Below the pieces are notes generated by a model. The model did no database searches, was not told where the DNA came from, and was given only the letters and a program-made list of their open reading frames with translations. From assembly GCF_006345805.1 (NCBI RefSeq), contig NC_043006.1:5952001-6016000 (forward strand): DNA of 64,000 nucleotides. The letters are read 5' to 3'. The DNA comes from Octopus sinensis. Its lineage: Eukaryota. Numbering within the stretch: position 1 is the stretch's first letter; each line of letters starts with the position of its first letter. Positions 39,382 to 52,580 of this stretch are shown here, one piece after another. Both the position numbers and the translations under genes were made by a program.

Positions 39382-39413
<32 letters not shown>

Positions 39414-39418
39414 CATCA

Positions 39419-39511
<93 letters not shown>

Positions 39512-39560
39512 TAGTAGTGGTGGTAGTAGTAGTAGTAGCAGCAGCAGCACAAGCAGCAGC
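39090..39560. repeat. (TAG)n/(TTA)n/(TTG)n trinucleotide microsatellite block
   Basis: Direct reading. Confidence 0.95.
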
Positions 39561-40284
39561 AGTAGAAGTTACAAGGGAAATACTGGCGGTAGTATATATA
39601 TATATATCGTTCGTGGTTGTAGAATTGCAGTGAGGTGCAAGTGTCACGAGGTACATGTGTTGACTGTAAGGTACAGGTGTTGTCTTTAGACGCCGGTGTT
39701 GTTGTGAGGCATAGGCGTTAATAAAAGGGGGGGTAGTGTTGACAGTCAGAGTAATACTTTATATCATATATCGTCAAATTGCTGCATTTTGTGTTTTGCA
39801 TACCTTTTCCTGTTTTTACAGTGTAATCTTTACAAATCAACCAACCAACCAACCAACCCAATTATGTATGACGTCTGTTAATCTTCTTTAATATTTACAC
39901 CCTTATCTATTACTGTATTGGAATTTTAAGTTTTTCTTAAGTACCTTATCAATATGTCTAATCGTAGTCTTTTGCCACCGACCACCCAGAATTTTAAAAT
40001 CAGTTCTTCCTTTTTCGTCTTCATATGTTTCAGCTCCTTAATAGTTCTTCTATATAACTTGCCAATTACGTAAGAGACCCATTGAAGCAGTTCTATATTC
40101 TATATATATTTTATATAAAACGTATATTTTTACACACAAAATACATACAATTTATACATATGAGGATACCAATATACACAAATATATATGCATGTGTCTG
40201 TGTGCGTATATATATATACATGCATACATTCGTACATACATATATATTACACATGCATATATATATATATACATAAAAATACAT

Positions 40285-40328
<44 letters not shown>

Positions 40329-40387
40329 TAATATATATATATAAGCATACATTTTGATTTATATACGTATTGTGTGTATGGATCAGT

Positions 40388-40420
<33 letters not shown>

Positions 40421-40890
40421 AAATATTTGTTAATATTTGTTACTTTTCGTTTTTAGCAAGATGGTATATTTTTTAAAAAATAAACAAAAATTAGCAAATA
40501 GTTATCAATAATCACAAAATATATCTTCTTTCGTTTTTTAAACACAAAGCAAAACATTTTTTTTTTTTCTGACAAGAAAAAAAATTGAGAAATTAACAAA
40601 GAAAATAAATTTGTTTTCAAATTTTGATTTTTTTTCTGGATTCATTTATATATATATATATATATATATATACTCGTTAGGTCTCATCTTAGGTGGTTTC
40701 TGAAAGAGAAGAGAAGACATTTTCCTTTTTCAAGCCACAAGAATAAAGTTTACCATTTACATGGACAATTACTTTAGATCTTCCTCCTTCTGTAGTATAA
40801 GTGGCAGCCCTCTTGGTTTTCTCGTGATAAGAGTTGTTGTAGAATTGTAGAAGCTTTAAAACAAACATAAACCACTGCTCAGCAATTTAG

Positions 40891-40933
<43 letters not shown>

Positions 40934-41128
40934 TGTGGTTCTGTTGATTGCTGCAGTAACAGAATGAAGAGATACATCGCTGCGATTATTTATTTACCAT
41001 CTCACTAGCCCAACAGAGAAATTGTATTCTTGTACAATCACCACTGAATTATATGTCTTCTTGTCTTGTATACATACACATATATACACCACATACACTC
41101 TGGAAATTACATTCACACACACACAAAT

Positions 41129-41159
<31 letters not shown>

Positions 41160-42434
41160 TATCTATATATTTATATTTATATATATATATAAGTATATAA
41201 ACCTGTGATATCTAGGTGTATTTTCATGCGCATGATGGGTTGGTGTATTTATGTGTATGCTAGTATATTCTTGCCACATGACTTTTCTCAAAAAATATTT
41301 AGACGAAAGGAAGGAGGAAGGAAAGGTTAATTCATACGATTTTTCGTTCATTTTCTTTTCTGTTTTTTTTTGGTATTGTTTTCAATAGTCAAAGCGTCCG
41401 CTGTGTCCATCTCATAGAGACTTGAATTTCTTAGAAAATATAGACGCTGCTTTCGGCATCATCAAGGGAAATTAAAAACACCTTTTTACAAACACATTTT
41501 GATTTTGATTTTTTTTCTTTTCTGTTTTTGCATGGGTGTTTCGTGTTTTAGTCTTAAAGACTAAGTGTTCAAAATTAGTCATGAATGAATGTATCATGAA
41601 TAGATTTATGGTAGAGGTGTATTTAGGTCTGGTTTTCAATGGTACAAAACTTTCTTCAGCTGTGGTTGTGTAGTCATGTTTTCAACTATTTTGTAGATTG
41701 GACAATCAGTCCTGGAATTATGCTTATGAACATTTTTTTTTTATAGATAACTTTCAAATGACTATGGTTTTCAATGGAACATAACTAGGAGTCTAAGGGT
41801 TAGTGTAAACCTAATTAAGATGGTTGCATGTTTTAACTTTGTTTTATGTTATGTCATAGATGTATTTACAAGTTTAGTTGCAACCTGTCTACGAATATGC
41901 GAATGTGAGTGTTGAAGTTCGTTCCACAGTGATGTTTGCGTGTAGGTTTGTGTGTGTATGTGCATGTATGCGTTGAAGTTTTAGTTCCACAGGGATGTGT
42001 ATGTTGCTCAATTATTGTTAACAACATATACAGAATGTTCAAATCTTGTTATGAACGTTTATATCACCATTTTTCACTGCATTTTTCATGTATATTGTAT
42101 AGTTGCATGGAAAAAAACTCCTGCTTTTATATATGTGTATATATATATAAAATTGACACCAATACAAGTAATCTTGGTACGCACTCACCCGTACATTTCT
42201 TTTGTGTTGATGTTGTTTTGATATTTTTCATGTTTTTGTTTAAATTAGATCTTTCAAATATAATGGGTCCTACTGGTCTCTGATATTATATATATTACTT
42301 TTTTAATTGATTTTTCTCATATAATTGTTTCCGCGTTCCAATGAATGTATGTCCCTTGTATCGCATGTCTGTTAGCAATTTTTTCTTCTTTTTCAGTCTA
42401 TGTATTGGTCATTTCCTAGAAGTTAATATTTGAC

Positions 42435-43298
42435 TCATATACACGGACTGAATGCCTTTAGTTCAGTGAAAACCTCAGTAAAGTAACTTGGGTCACTATT
42501 CAAGCGCAACATTTCTTTGCTTAGTTTATTAACGATTAATAGGCAACGGTCCCAAAATTTGTCCTTATCGTCTTCTACAAGGAAGGGTTTCAGTGGATAA
42601 CTAATCTCGCTGCCCATGTAAGAGTAAGACAGATACAAGCATGTTAGTACCACTGCTTGAAGGTGGTGCTCTCGGTCGATGTCGCTTTGAACAAGTTCTC
42701 GAACGAGCATGTAGACAAACACAACGTTAGCAGGATTTATAAATCCGATATCTTGCCATCCCTGCATCAACAGGGATTTGTCAACTGTACGTAACCAAAC
42801 TATTGCTTCGTTGCCTTCAAAGTTCTTCAGTCGTCGACAGCGTCTTCGTAAAAATTCTCCAAGACACTTCAACAATTCTGAAGTCGAAGCTTGGATAACT
42901 GTCTTTTTTGGACTGGCAAGTTTCTCCAAACGTTTAGTAACTTGGTTGAGACGTTGTTGATGCGATTCTTCGGCTTCTGATTTGAGATTGTAACATGATA
43001 TGGATTTTTGAATGTTTTTATTAATATTTACATTCTCTAGATTAAAATTGTTGTCGATCTTTGCCGGAATAAAAGTATTGTTCGTGAAACGAACAAAATT
43101 GTTTTTCTCTTTTTTCTTAGTGCTGGCGGTAAATCGCTTCCAGCTAAGGCCACTCAAAAATATCGAGTGACGCTTAAAATTTTTGTCCCTTGCTTGGTTT
43201 TTAACATTGTTGAGAATTTCATAGTTAAAATTGTTCAGATTGATGTCCTCGTAAAGAGGTTTCCTCGGTCGCGGCGAGAATGAAAGAACGGTACCCAT
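42435..43298 (-). CDS. CDK5R1: Cyclin-dependent kinase 5 activator (p35/p39 family), 287 aa, uninterrupted ORF
   Basis: MGTVLS myristoylation start, [16 protein letters not shown], and the p25 cyclin-fold core [83 protein letters not shown]. All recognisable from vertebrate p35. The symbol denotes the family homologue. Confidence 0.97.
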   Translation of the reverse strand: MGTVLSFSPRPRKPLYEDINLNNFNYEILNNVKNQARDKNFKRHSIFLSGLSWKRFTASTKKKEKNNFVRFTNNTFIPAKIDNNFNLENVNINKNIQKSISCYNLKSEAEESHQQRLNQVTKRLEKLASPKKTVIQASTSELLKCLGEFLRRRCRRLKNFEGNEAIVWLRTVDKSLLMQGWQDIGFINPANVVFVYMLVRELVQSDIDREHHLQAVVLTCLYLSYSYMGSEISYPLKPFLVEDDKDKFWDRCLLIVNKLSKEMLRLNSDPSYFTEVFTELKAFSPCI

Positions 43299-43675
43299 CT
43301 CGAAGTGTGTTGGTCAGGCGAATAATAATCCCACTTGAAAAATTAAAACGAATTCTATTAAAATTCTGAGTAAAATCGGTTTGTTTTATCTATAAAGTCA
43401 TATAATGGTCATATAGTTATATCATAGGAACATATACAAGGTTACATTTATATAACAGGAGCAATTACAATGTGAAATGGTTACATGCATATTAGGAGAG
43501 CAACAAACACTATAAAAATGCGATATAAGTTATATTATGGCCTACAAACGTAACAATCATTGTGGATTTTATCTAATTAGATATTTCTATAAAATATAAC
43601 TTCACTTCAACGAGTTTAACTTCACTGTGACATTATTTTCGGTGATATATATACATATACATATATACATATATA

Positions 43676-43751
<76 letters not shown>

Positions 43752-43784
43752 TGCACATGCATACATACATATATATATATAAAA

Positions 43785-43816
<32 letters not shown>

Positions 43817-44088
43817 TAGTAGTAGTAGTAGTAGTAGTAGTAGAAGTAGTAGTAAAATATATTTATATTTCAGTTAAATGTAAAGAAATGTGAGATTTCT
43901 CGTTTAAATTCTGTTTAATTGTTCAAATAAATGCAAATATTAACATCGAAGACGAACATACATTCTCTATCACACATATACATTCTCTCTTACATATAAA
44001 TACACGATAATAATGTTAATACGAATGATGGTGGAAGATGAAAAGGAAAATGATGGTAATGGAGGAAGCTGATGATGTTATGATGATG

Positions 44089-44148
<60 letters not shown>

Positions 44149-44473
44149 TAATAATAATAATTTCTTTTACTTTTTAATAATAAAAATACGGTGATGATTT
44201 AGAGGAATGGAGGGAGATAGGTAAAAGTAACAATGCTGTAAATAGGTCAAGAATACAAACCTTAGTATCGAAGTCCTTTACAGAACCATATTTCCGTGTC
44301 TAAGCAGCAATAATTCCTCATAGACTTCACCAACCAAGCTCTTCATCGGTGGAAAATTTTGATCAACTGCACATATATTTTTTTTCTTAATCCATTCCCA
44401 CCGATTTAATATCAGTTGAAATTCATTAAAAAAAAACAGACATAAATATAGGGTTGTTGTTTGTTTTTCTTAC

Positions 44474-44710
44474 CTTCGTTTTCCTATGTAATGAATGTGT
44501 TTATATTAACATAGTGAATGAAATGATGACATCATCGCCATAACTGCTTCATCTTTTTTCTATTCTGTTAGACTGTCTCCTCAGATGCTCTCAGATCTAT
44601 TAAGACAACACTGATGCCAGTAGCAGTCGAACGACACGGAGTGGTGGCAGAAGGCAAGTTCTGTTGAGGCAGTAGCAGGCACACGTTGAACGCCAATCGA
44701 CGAACAGAAT
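44474..44710 (-). other. Probable non-coding 5' exon of the p35 gene, with uORFs
   Basis: Donor GAAG|GTAAGA at 44473, acceptor TTTTAATTTTTCAAG| at 43334 just upstream of the ATG, and a CCAAT element near 44694. The TSS position is uncertain. Confidence 0.5.
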
Positions 44711-44819
44711 CAATCAGTTCATTACCTCATCTGCATCCTCGCTTTCATTTTACTCTCCACTCCCTGCTTCATTCATCTTCTATCTAGTGTCACTCATCCT
44801 CTAACAGCTGCCTCTACCC

Positions 44820-45370
44820 TTTCTCTTTGCTCGCTCCACCTCTACCATCTTTCTCTCTCTCTCTCTTTTTACCCCTCTCCTCTCTCCCTTCTCTCTCTTT
44901 CTTTCGGTCTCTCCCTTGGTCACTTTATTTTTTGTCTATATCCATCTTGCCAGTTATTCATCAACCTACCCAATTCAGCGATCTCAGATTAATAAATTTG
45001 ATTCTCTCTTTCTTTTCCTTTCATTTTCTCCGTTTTCATTCTTCTCCCTCTCTTTTTCTTTCTCTATCTTGCCTTCTCTGTCTCTCTCTCTTTCCTTCTC
45101 TATCTTGCCTTCTCTGTCTCTCTCTCTTTCCTTCTCTATCTTGCCTTCTCTGTCTCTCTCTCTTTCCCTCTCTCCCTCTCTCTCTCTTTCCCTGTCTCAT
45201 CTTTCTGACATACTCCATCTCTTTCCTCCTCTCTAAATCGATTTATTCTCTATCTCCATTCTTCTAAATTCCATTCATTACCTCATTCTCTTTCTCTCAC
45301 TCACTCTTTCTCTCCCTCGCCCTTTCTTTTTCCTCCCCCTCTCTCTCTCCCTTTCTCTTTCTGTTTCCCT
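44820..45370. repeat. (CT)n-rich tract including three ~36 bp units, upstream of p35
   Basis: Polypyrimidine tract with TCTATCTTGCCTTCTCTGTCTCTCTCTCTTTCCTTC repeated about three times. Confidence 0.85.
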
Positions 45371-46661
45371 TTTAGTATCAACAATATTGCCATCGTCTGT
45401 ATCAATGTATTTATTTGTCTGTCTGTCTGTTTGTCTATCTATAACTATCTCTGTCCATAACTATCTATATGTCAAACTGTCTTTTTTTATGTCAATCTAT
45501 TCATCCCACCACTAACCAATCCATGTGGCCATCCACCCATTCACTTATCTATTTACCTATTCAAAATGATGATAATTAGCAACAGCCAGCCTCGCACCGC
45601 GACCACCTCCACCGGGGATATTTTCCACAGTTGTTTCTCGTTTCTATTCTCTCTCTATCTCTATCTCTCCCTCCCTCTCTTTCTCTCTCTCCTTCCTTCT
45701 CTCTCCTTTTTTCTCTCTTTCCCGCTCTCACATTTTCAAACCCTAGTTTAATCTTTCATTTTAATTACGCTGCTATAGCCCTTGAGAAAGGCATGCATGC
45801 CATCCATTCTCGGTTCAGTCCGAAACAACCCATCTCGTACGTAAAGAAATCAATATTTAAATATTTTCCCCGATTTCCATTCAAACATAAATTTCAATAC
45901 GCTTTCTACTATGGCCGTGTTGTCAATGTGACCTCCCCAAACACACAGCCGCCGCACACACCTCACAACGTCGCTATGACTACTCATATTAATTATTATA
46001 ATGACGCTGGTAATGATGATTATGATGACGGTGACTGCGATCAAGGCGACCACGACAACGACCACGGCGACCGTCACAATAAAAATGATGTACGATGGCG
46101 TTTCGTTTGTGATGGTGGCTGATGTTTAGAACACCAGTAAGGAGGCAAAGCAACAGCGGTCGCCTGGCTGCTTTTAACGTTTAGCCCAGGTCAACACTGA
46201 GCATACCTACGATCAAAGACATTCCACTTGTGACTATCTCGCCTTTTTTGTATATCATCCACAATATTGTTATTCTTTTCTCTCTTTTTTTCTTCTTTTT
46301 TTTTGCAAGACATCTGTAAATAAAGTATGCAAGATTTGGCTGTTATTTTTAGCGGACTGAGCGGTTACGTATTGCATGCTCCTTGATTTCGTTGTTTTTG
46401 TCGTAGGAGGTGGTGGTGGTCACGGTGATGGGGAGGGGGAGGGAGGGGGCGCATAGTAGTGGGAGTAATACTGCGACGACCACAACCGCCGGTGATTGTT
46501 TAGCTGGTGTTGTTAGTACAGTCTACAGCACGACAGCAGCTGGCAAAAGGAGCAGTGTGTATATATGTGTGTATATGCATGAGTCTACGCGTGTCCGTGT
46601 ACGTGCGCGTATGTGCGCGTATGTGCGCGTATGTGCGCGTATGTGCGCGTATGTGCGCGTG

Positions 46662-46758
<97 letters not shown>

Positions 46759-46861
46759 TTATATTTATATTCAAATTTAAGATGAGGGTGAGAAATTAGA
46801 TATTAATTTAATTAACATCGATTTCACACCAGTGGTCTAGCATATAAAAAAATTGTATTAT

Positions 46862-46989
46862 ATACATATTAGAGGGGAAACCACTATGTGGACACCCTTA
46901 TGGTAGAAATAGATTCCTTAGTGGTAAGACCATAGCGGATCTATTTCTAGCATAAGGGTGTCACATAGTGGTTTCCCTCTAATATGTAT
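46862..46989. repeat. Short fold-back (~55 bp arms), same family as 26177-26702
   Basis: Shares terminal sequence (CCACTATGTGGA.ACCCTTATG.TAGAA) and the left flank (GAGGGTG.AAATT.GATATTAATT) with the long palindrome. Confidence 0.8.
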
Positions 46990-47367
46990 GAATATATATA
47001 TATATATATATATATATAGTATATATATACATGTGTGTGTGTTGTGATTTGTCCTTTCTTCTTTCTGTCATTGGACTGGAGCACTGTGTTGGAGGCGAAT
47101 CGGCCCTAGAGATTAGAGACGAATCGGCCCTACCACTTATTGTTTTAATCCTGATACCTATTCTATCGGTCTTTTTTGCCGAACCGCGAAGATAAAGGTG
47201 ACGTAAGCAAACCAACAGCAGTTGGAGGACAAACGCCAACCTTAAGCCAAACACTTATGATACATGCATAGATAATAGAGACACACACACCACATACATA
47301 CATACATACATACATACATGCATACATACATACAAACATACATATATATATATACATATATATATAC

Positions 47368-47459
<92 letters not shown>

Positions 47460-47464
<5 letters not shown>

Positions 47465-47762
47465 CGTAATTACTGTGTCCGACCAGGCTATCAGATGTTG
47501 CTACACATCGCTGGTCACAATGCACTTCGCATTGTTTTAGCCTTCAAATGACGCCACCCCGCTGGCTGAGCGAGCAGGCCAATAGAAGAAAGTGTGAGAG
47601 AAAGCTGTGGAAAAGAGTACAGCAGGGATCGCCATCACCCCCTGCCGGAGCCTCGTGGAGCTTTAGGTGTTTTCGATCAATAAACACTCACAACGCCCGG
47701 TCTGGGAATCGAAACCGCGATCCTACAACCGCGAGTCCGCTGCCCTAACCACTGCGCCTCCA
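47460..47762 (-). mobile_element. SINE family C, tail type 1
   Basis: Paralogue of 11107-11410. Confidence 0.85.
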
Positions 47763-47769
47763 CACACGC

Positions 47770-47810
<41 letters not shown>

Positions 47811-47814
47811 CACT

Positions 47815-48123
47815 CTTTTACTTGTTTCAGTCATTTGACTGTGGCCATGCTTGAGCACCGCCTTTAGTCGAGCAAATCGACCCCAGGACTTATTCTTTGC
47901 AAGCCTAGTATTTATTCTATCGGTCTCTTTTGCCGAACCGCTAGGTTACGGGGATGTAAACACACCAGCATCGGTAGTCAAGCGATGTTGAGGGGACAAA
48001 CACAGACACACAAACATATACACACACATACACACACACACACACACAACACACACATACAAACAACACACACAAACACACACAACACACACACACACAC
48101 ATATATAATATTATATATATATA

Positions 48124-48163
<40 letters not shown>

Positions 48164-48328
48164 TATATATATATATATATATCGGACGGGCTTCTTTCAG
48201 TTTCCGTCTGCCAAATCCACTCACAAGGCTTTGGTCGGCCCGAGGCTACTTGCCCAGGGTGCCACATTCCGAAAATGAACCCGGAACCATGTGGTTGGTA
48301 AGCAAGCTACTTACCACACAACCACTCA
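47815..48328 (-). mobile_element. SINE family A
   Basis: Full-length match, directly abutting the family C copy through a microsatellite. Confidence 0.85.
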
Positions 48329-48337
48329 TGTGTGGTA

Positions 48338-48374
<37 letters not shown>

Positions 48375-48397
48375 CTATATAGTATATATATATATCT

Positions 48398-48795
48398 TAC
48401 TCCGTAATTCTTGACTATCGCGGCGCGTTGCTACGTTCCAAGACACCCCGCGATAGGTGAAAATTCGCGAAGTAGAAACGGCACTGTACATTTTTTTAAA
48501 CTTTTACTTTATACTTATTTCAGTCATTTGACTGTGGCCATACTGGAGCACCGCCGTTAGTCGAACAAATCGACTCCAGGACTTATTATTTTTAAGCCTA
48601 GTAGTACTTATTCTATCGGTCTCATTTTTTAATTTTTATTATTTGTATATATTTATTTTATTACAAATGCAAAACAACACTACAGAGGAATCGACGTGAG
48701 CTTAAATAATATAGTGCGATAGGTTAACCGCGATAGGTGAACCGTGGTAAGTGAACCACGATAGGTGAACCGCGATATGGCGTGGGATTACTGTA
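48398..48795. mobile_element. Pogo/Tigger-like MITE remnant with a nested SINE A fragment (48505-48625)
   Basis: Right end CCGCGATATGGCGTGGGATTACTG-TA, a degenerate left end, and internal CGCGATAGGTGAA repeats. Confidence 0.5.
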
Positions 48796-48801
48796 TATAT
48801 A

Positions 48802-49663
48802 CAGGGTGCGGTGAATAAATTGTCGTCTAAATTACGCAAAAATAAAAATAACACAGACATCACATTTTAACAGATAAATTTACCAAAATTTCGTTAAAAT
48901 ATCTCGAAATACTAAAGAATAAATCTATTCAATAAAATCGTCATTGGCTTCAACCACAGCCTCCAGGCTACTTTGGAATCTCCTGCACGGTCTTCTGGAC
49001 GGTCCCCTTGTTTAATAATCCTTGCCTCTAGTTCATCTTTGGTGGTTTTGTTGGTCTCTCGCCCAACTGTGCCCACACATAATAATCAAGGGAGTTACAG
49101 TCTGGGAAGTTAGTTGGCCAGATGTTAGGAGTGATGTGGTCGCAGAAATTGTCTGACAGCCATGACTGGGTTCTCCTGTTTGTGTGGCGTGGTGCAGAGT
49201 CCTGTTGCCATACATAGGGTCTTCCAGCAACCACCCTCTTGACCCAGGGTAGCACTACCTCCTCCAGACACTTGATGTAGGCCTCCGTGTTGCGTCTCAG
49301 GCCGTGTAGAAAGATGAATGGGAGCAGAACGTCGCCATCACTAGTGATCACTCCAAACACCATGATATTTATTGGATGTTTGATTTTTATCATTCTCGAT
49401 ACGAATCCTCAGATTGCACTGTTCTCAGATTGGCACCCAAACATTCTACAATGTTCGTATTGGAGCTTCCGGCGCGAATGCCAAGCAATACAGCATTCAC
49501 TTACAAATTTCAGGCAGAGTGAATTGCATCATGGTGCTGTTCTTCTCAAGGACGGTGCCCAATTGACCCTACTATACTGTGTAGTCAACAAAATCAAAAA
49601 CAAACAATGCGCTAGCGCGAAATTAAGAATATAAAATGGCGAGAATTTACTCATCGCACCCTG
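48802..49663 (-). mobile_element. Internally deleted Tc1/mariner transposon, DD37D (maT) type
   Basis: TA-CAGGGTGCG...CGCACCCTG-TA TIRs with TA TSD. ORF 49028-49393 has WQQDSAP..WPTNFPDCNSLDYYVW, with 37 residues between the two Asp. Confidence 0.85.
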
Positions 49664-49688
49664 TATGCACATATATATATATATATAT

Positions 49689-49871
49689 GTAGGTCCCGGG
49701 TTGAGTCGGGGTTAACCACAGTAAATAAGGTACTCAATACATAGCAGAGTAAATTAATTTATTATATAGAAGGAGCTTCTACGGACTAGAACTGTTTCAT
49801 TCAAAAGAAATCATCATGATGATTTCTTTTGAATGAAACAGTTCTAGTCCTGTAGAAGCTCCTTCTATATA

Positions 49872-49877
<6 letters not shown>
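49689..49877. repeat. Hammerhead mini element with a spacerless 121 bp palindrome (49757-49877)
   Basis: Centre TCATCA|TGATGA at 49816/49817. Arms of 60 and 61 bp differ by one indel. Confidence 0.9.
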
Positions 49878-49928
<51 letters not shown>

Positions 49929-49949
49929 TATTAATATCTATATAATATA

Positions 49950-49992
<43 letters not shown>

Positions 49993-50227
49993 GTGTATGT
50001 ATATATACAATATTGTGAAAAAATTATATGGTTAATGGACATATGTCCAACTTTTCGGATTTGGCATTAGAAATTTTTTCGTTTGCCCTATTTATGAAAT
50101 GTTTATAAATTTAACCTTTAAAGGTATTTTTTAATATGCTGGCCATTGATAAAATCTTTTTCGAAAAAAATTTTATCCTACATTATATATATAATATATA
50201 TTATATATATATATATATACACACACA

Positions 50228-50342
50228 CTCACAAAGCTGTGGTCGGTCGGGAGCTATAGTAGAAGACATTTGCACAAGGTGACATGCAGTGGGACTGAAC
50301 CTGGTACCATGTGGTTGGGGAGCCAACTTCTTACCACGCAGC
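50228..50342 (-). mobile_element. SINE family A head/core fragment
   Basis: GGTCGG..CTATAGTAGAAGACA..CAGTGGGACTGAACC..CCATGTGGTTGG. Confidence 0.7.
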
Positions 50343-50506
50343 GTATATATAGATAAATACATGTATAGATATAATGCTATATAGATAGGTATATAAAATA
50401 TAAGAATACATATAAGTATATGCATGTGCATGTATGTAAGTATGTATGTATGTATGTAGTATGTATGTATGTTATAAACACTACTAGACGAATATATATA
50501 TACATA

Positions 50507-50579
50507 CTAGCAAAATACCCGGCGTTGCCCGGTTACATTCAATTGAAGAGTTAGATTTTTCTGTTATATATATATATGG

Positions 50580-50615
<36 letters not shown>

Positions 50616-52580
50616 TTATATTAATATAAATACATGAAAGTACATGAAGTTTGTTAAAAAAGAGGGGATCATGTATATACCTCCTGGCTGTTGAGATTAT
50701 AACACCTCGTTGTAAACAATGTTCCTTGTTTTTCCTTGTGGAGCATATACAAAAAGGTTTCTTTTGGTTCCTACTCTTGAGCAGCCAAAATACAGTTGCC
50801 CATGCGAGAAGCAGGGCTCTTCCAAGAGAAGACCAGCTACAGAGAGGGTTTGACCCTGAGATTTGTTAATGGACATGGCAAAGCTGACACGAAGGGGGAA
50901 TTGCAGTCTTCTGAATGTAAATGGAATTTCTGCTCCTGATGGAGTAAGAGGAATTCTTGGAATAAAGACGTCATCACCTTTTCCACATCCAGAAAGAATG
51001 ATCGCCTCGATAACGTGTGACATCATTTTCTTTATCACCAGTCGTGTTCCATTGCAAAGTCTTGGTGGTTTTCAGATTGCGGAGTAGCATTCAGGAGTTC
51101 CAACTTTAAGTGCTAATATGTGTGGAGGTAGTCCAGGAGGCTCCAGTGAATTGAGAATTTCAGGAGGATAGTTCACAACTTCATTATATATGGAATTGTA
51201 TCAACAGACTTGTAAGTGTGTATAGTGCCGGGAAGAGAATGCATTAACTGTTGATTAATTTTGTTAACAGCAACGTTTTTTGGAGCTAATATTGCTCTTT
51301 AACACAGCCAATTGTGATTTTGGTAGTTTTGAGTGAAGTTGGGAAAGACTTTGTTTTTGAGGTCATCTACAGAATTAACAACAGAGGAAAATGACCACAC
51401 TTCCATTTGCCTGCAGCATCGAGAAGCATCTTGCCTTCACCAAGTGTCAAAAGTCTGTGCAAACTTTGTGGACATTTTGTCGCCGTGTAGCTGAGCTCTC
51501 ATGTTAGTGGTGAGATTGAGGATTGTAACATGATGCCACAGGGTAGAGGACTTTAGGCATGCTTGGACTTCATCTGCTCTAGTGCCTTTCGGAATGACAG
51601 GAAGAGTTTGCCTGAAATCACCTGACAACAGAAGCGTTACACCTCCCATTGGAGCCTGACAGTCTCGGATGTCTTTCAGGGCTCTATCTAATGCTTCCAA
51701 AGCTCCCTTGTGAGCTATAGTACACTCATCCCAGACAATTAGATGACACATTTTAAGTACTTGTCCCTGATCTGAGCTTTTGTTGATGTTGCATGAAGGC
51801 ATTTCAGATGCTGCTAAATTGAGAGGGAGTTTAAAAGTTGTGTGCTGTCCTGCCACCGGGTGGTAACAAAGTAGCTGCCAATGCCAGATGAGGCTACAGC
51901 TACTGCAATGTCCTGATGCTGCCTAACTTCTGCAAGGAGAAGCTTTGTAATAAATGTTTTTCCTGTCCCTCCAGGAGCATCGAAGAGGAAGAAGATTCGT
52001 CCCTCGGTGGCGTACACTGTTAAGAATAGTTCTGTAGGCCTGCAGCTGGTCCGGAAGTAATTTAGGCTCATTTTCAACAATGTACTTTGAAAGCGCTTGA
52101 GTGTCGTAGGTTGTTTCACGAATGACAGCAATGGAAAGGCTATTTGACCCTGACCTGAATGCTTGTGGCAGGCCATACGTCGACAATTCCTTTCCACCCA
52201 GTTTAGCAATTCTGTCTTCAATGTCAATGAGTGTTTTGTTATAGATTTCATTGCTGATACCCTCCATGTCAGGATAGAGCAGTTGAGCTTGGCGCTGAAA
52301 GTCTTCAGCCTGGTTGTCTCTATATTTGAGCCATAAAGTGGCCGGATCACACAGTTCGCATGCCTGTAGTAATACTGCAAATAGTGCCCTGAGACTTTTA
52401 GGTGATTGTGATAAAGCAGCCTCTCCTAAAGTTGCATCCCATTGTGCACCATCTTCTAACAGACCTTGTCGATAGCAGGCTTCTCTGTATGTTGTGCAGA
52501 CATGTCCATGAACGGTTTTTAGGGCCTGGAAAGACGTTGGCCCTCTGACCTCATAAGAAAGCAGACAGCTAGAAGGATGA
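50507..52580 (-). mobile_element. Decayed Helitron, 3' half of RepHel (Pif1 helicase) with intact 3' hairpin and CTAG
   Basis: VRGPTSFQALKTV..TYREAC..GLL, FDAPGGTGKTF, LIVWDECT, LLLSGDFRQTLPVI, RRLQFPLRVSFAMSINKSQGQTL..CFSHGQLY..SRV. Terminus CCGGGCAACGCCGGG...CTAG^T at 50507. Frameshifted, Rep domain absent. Confidence 0.92.
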
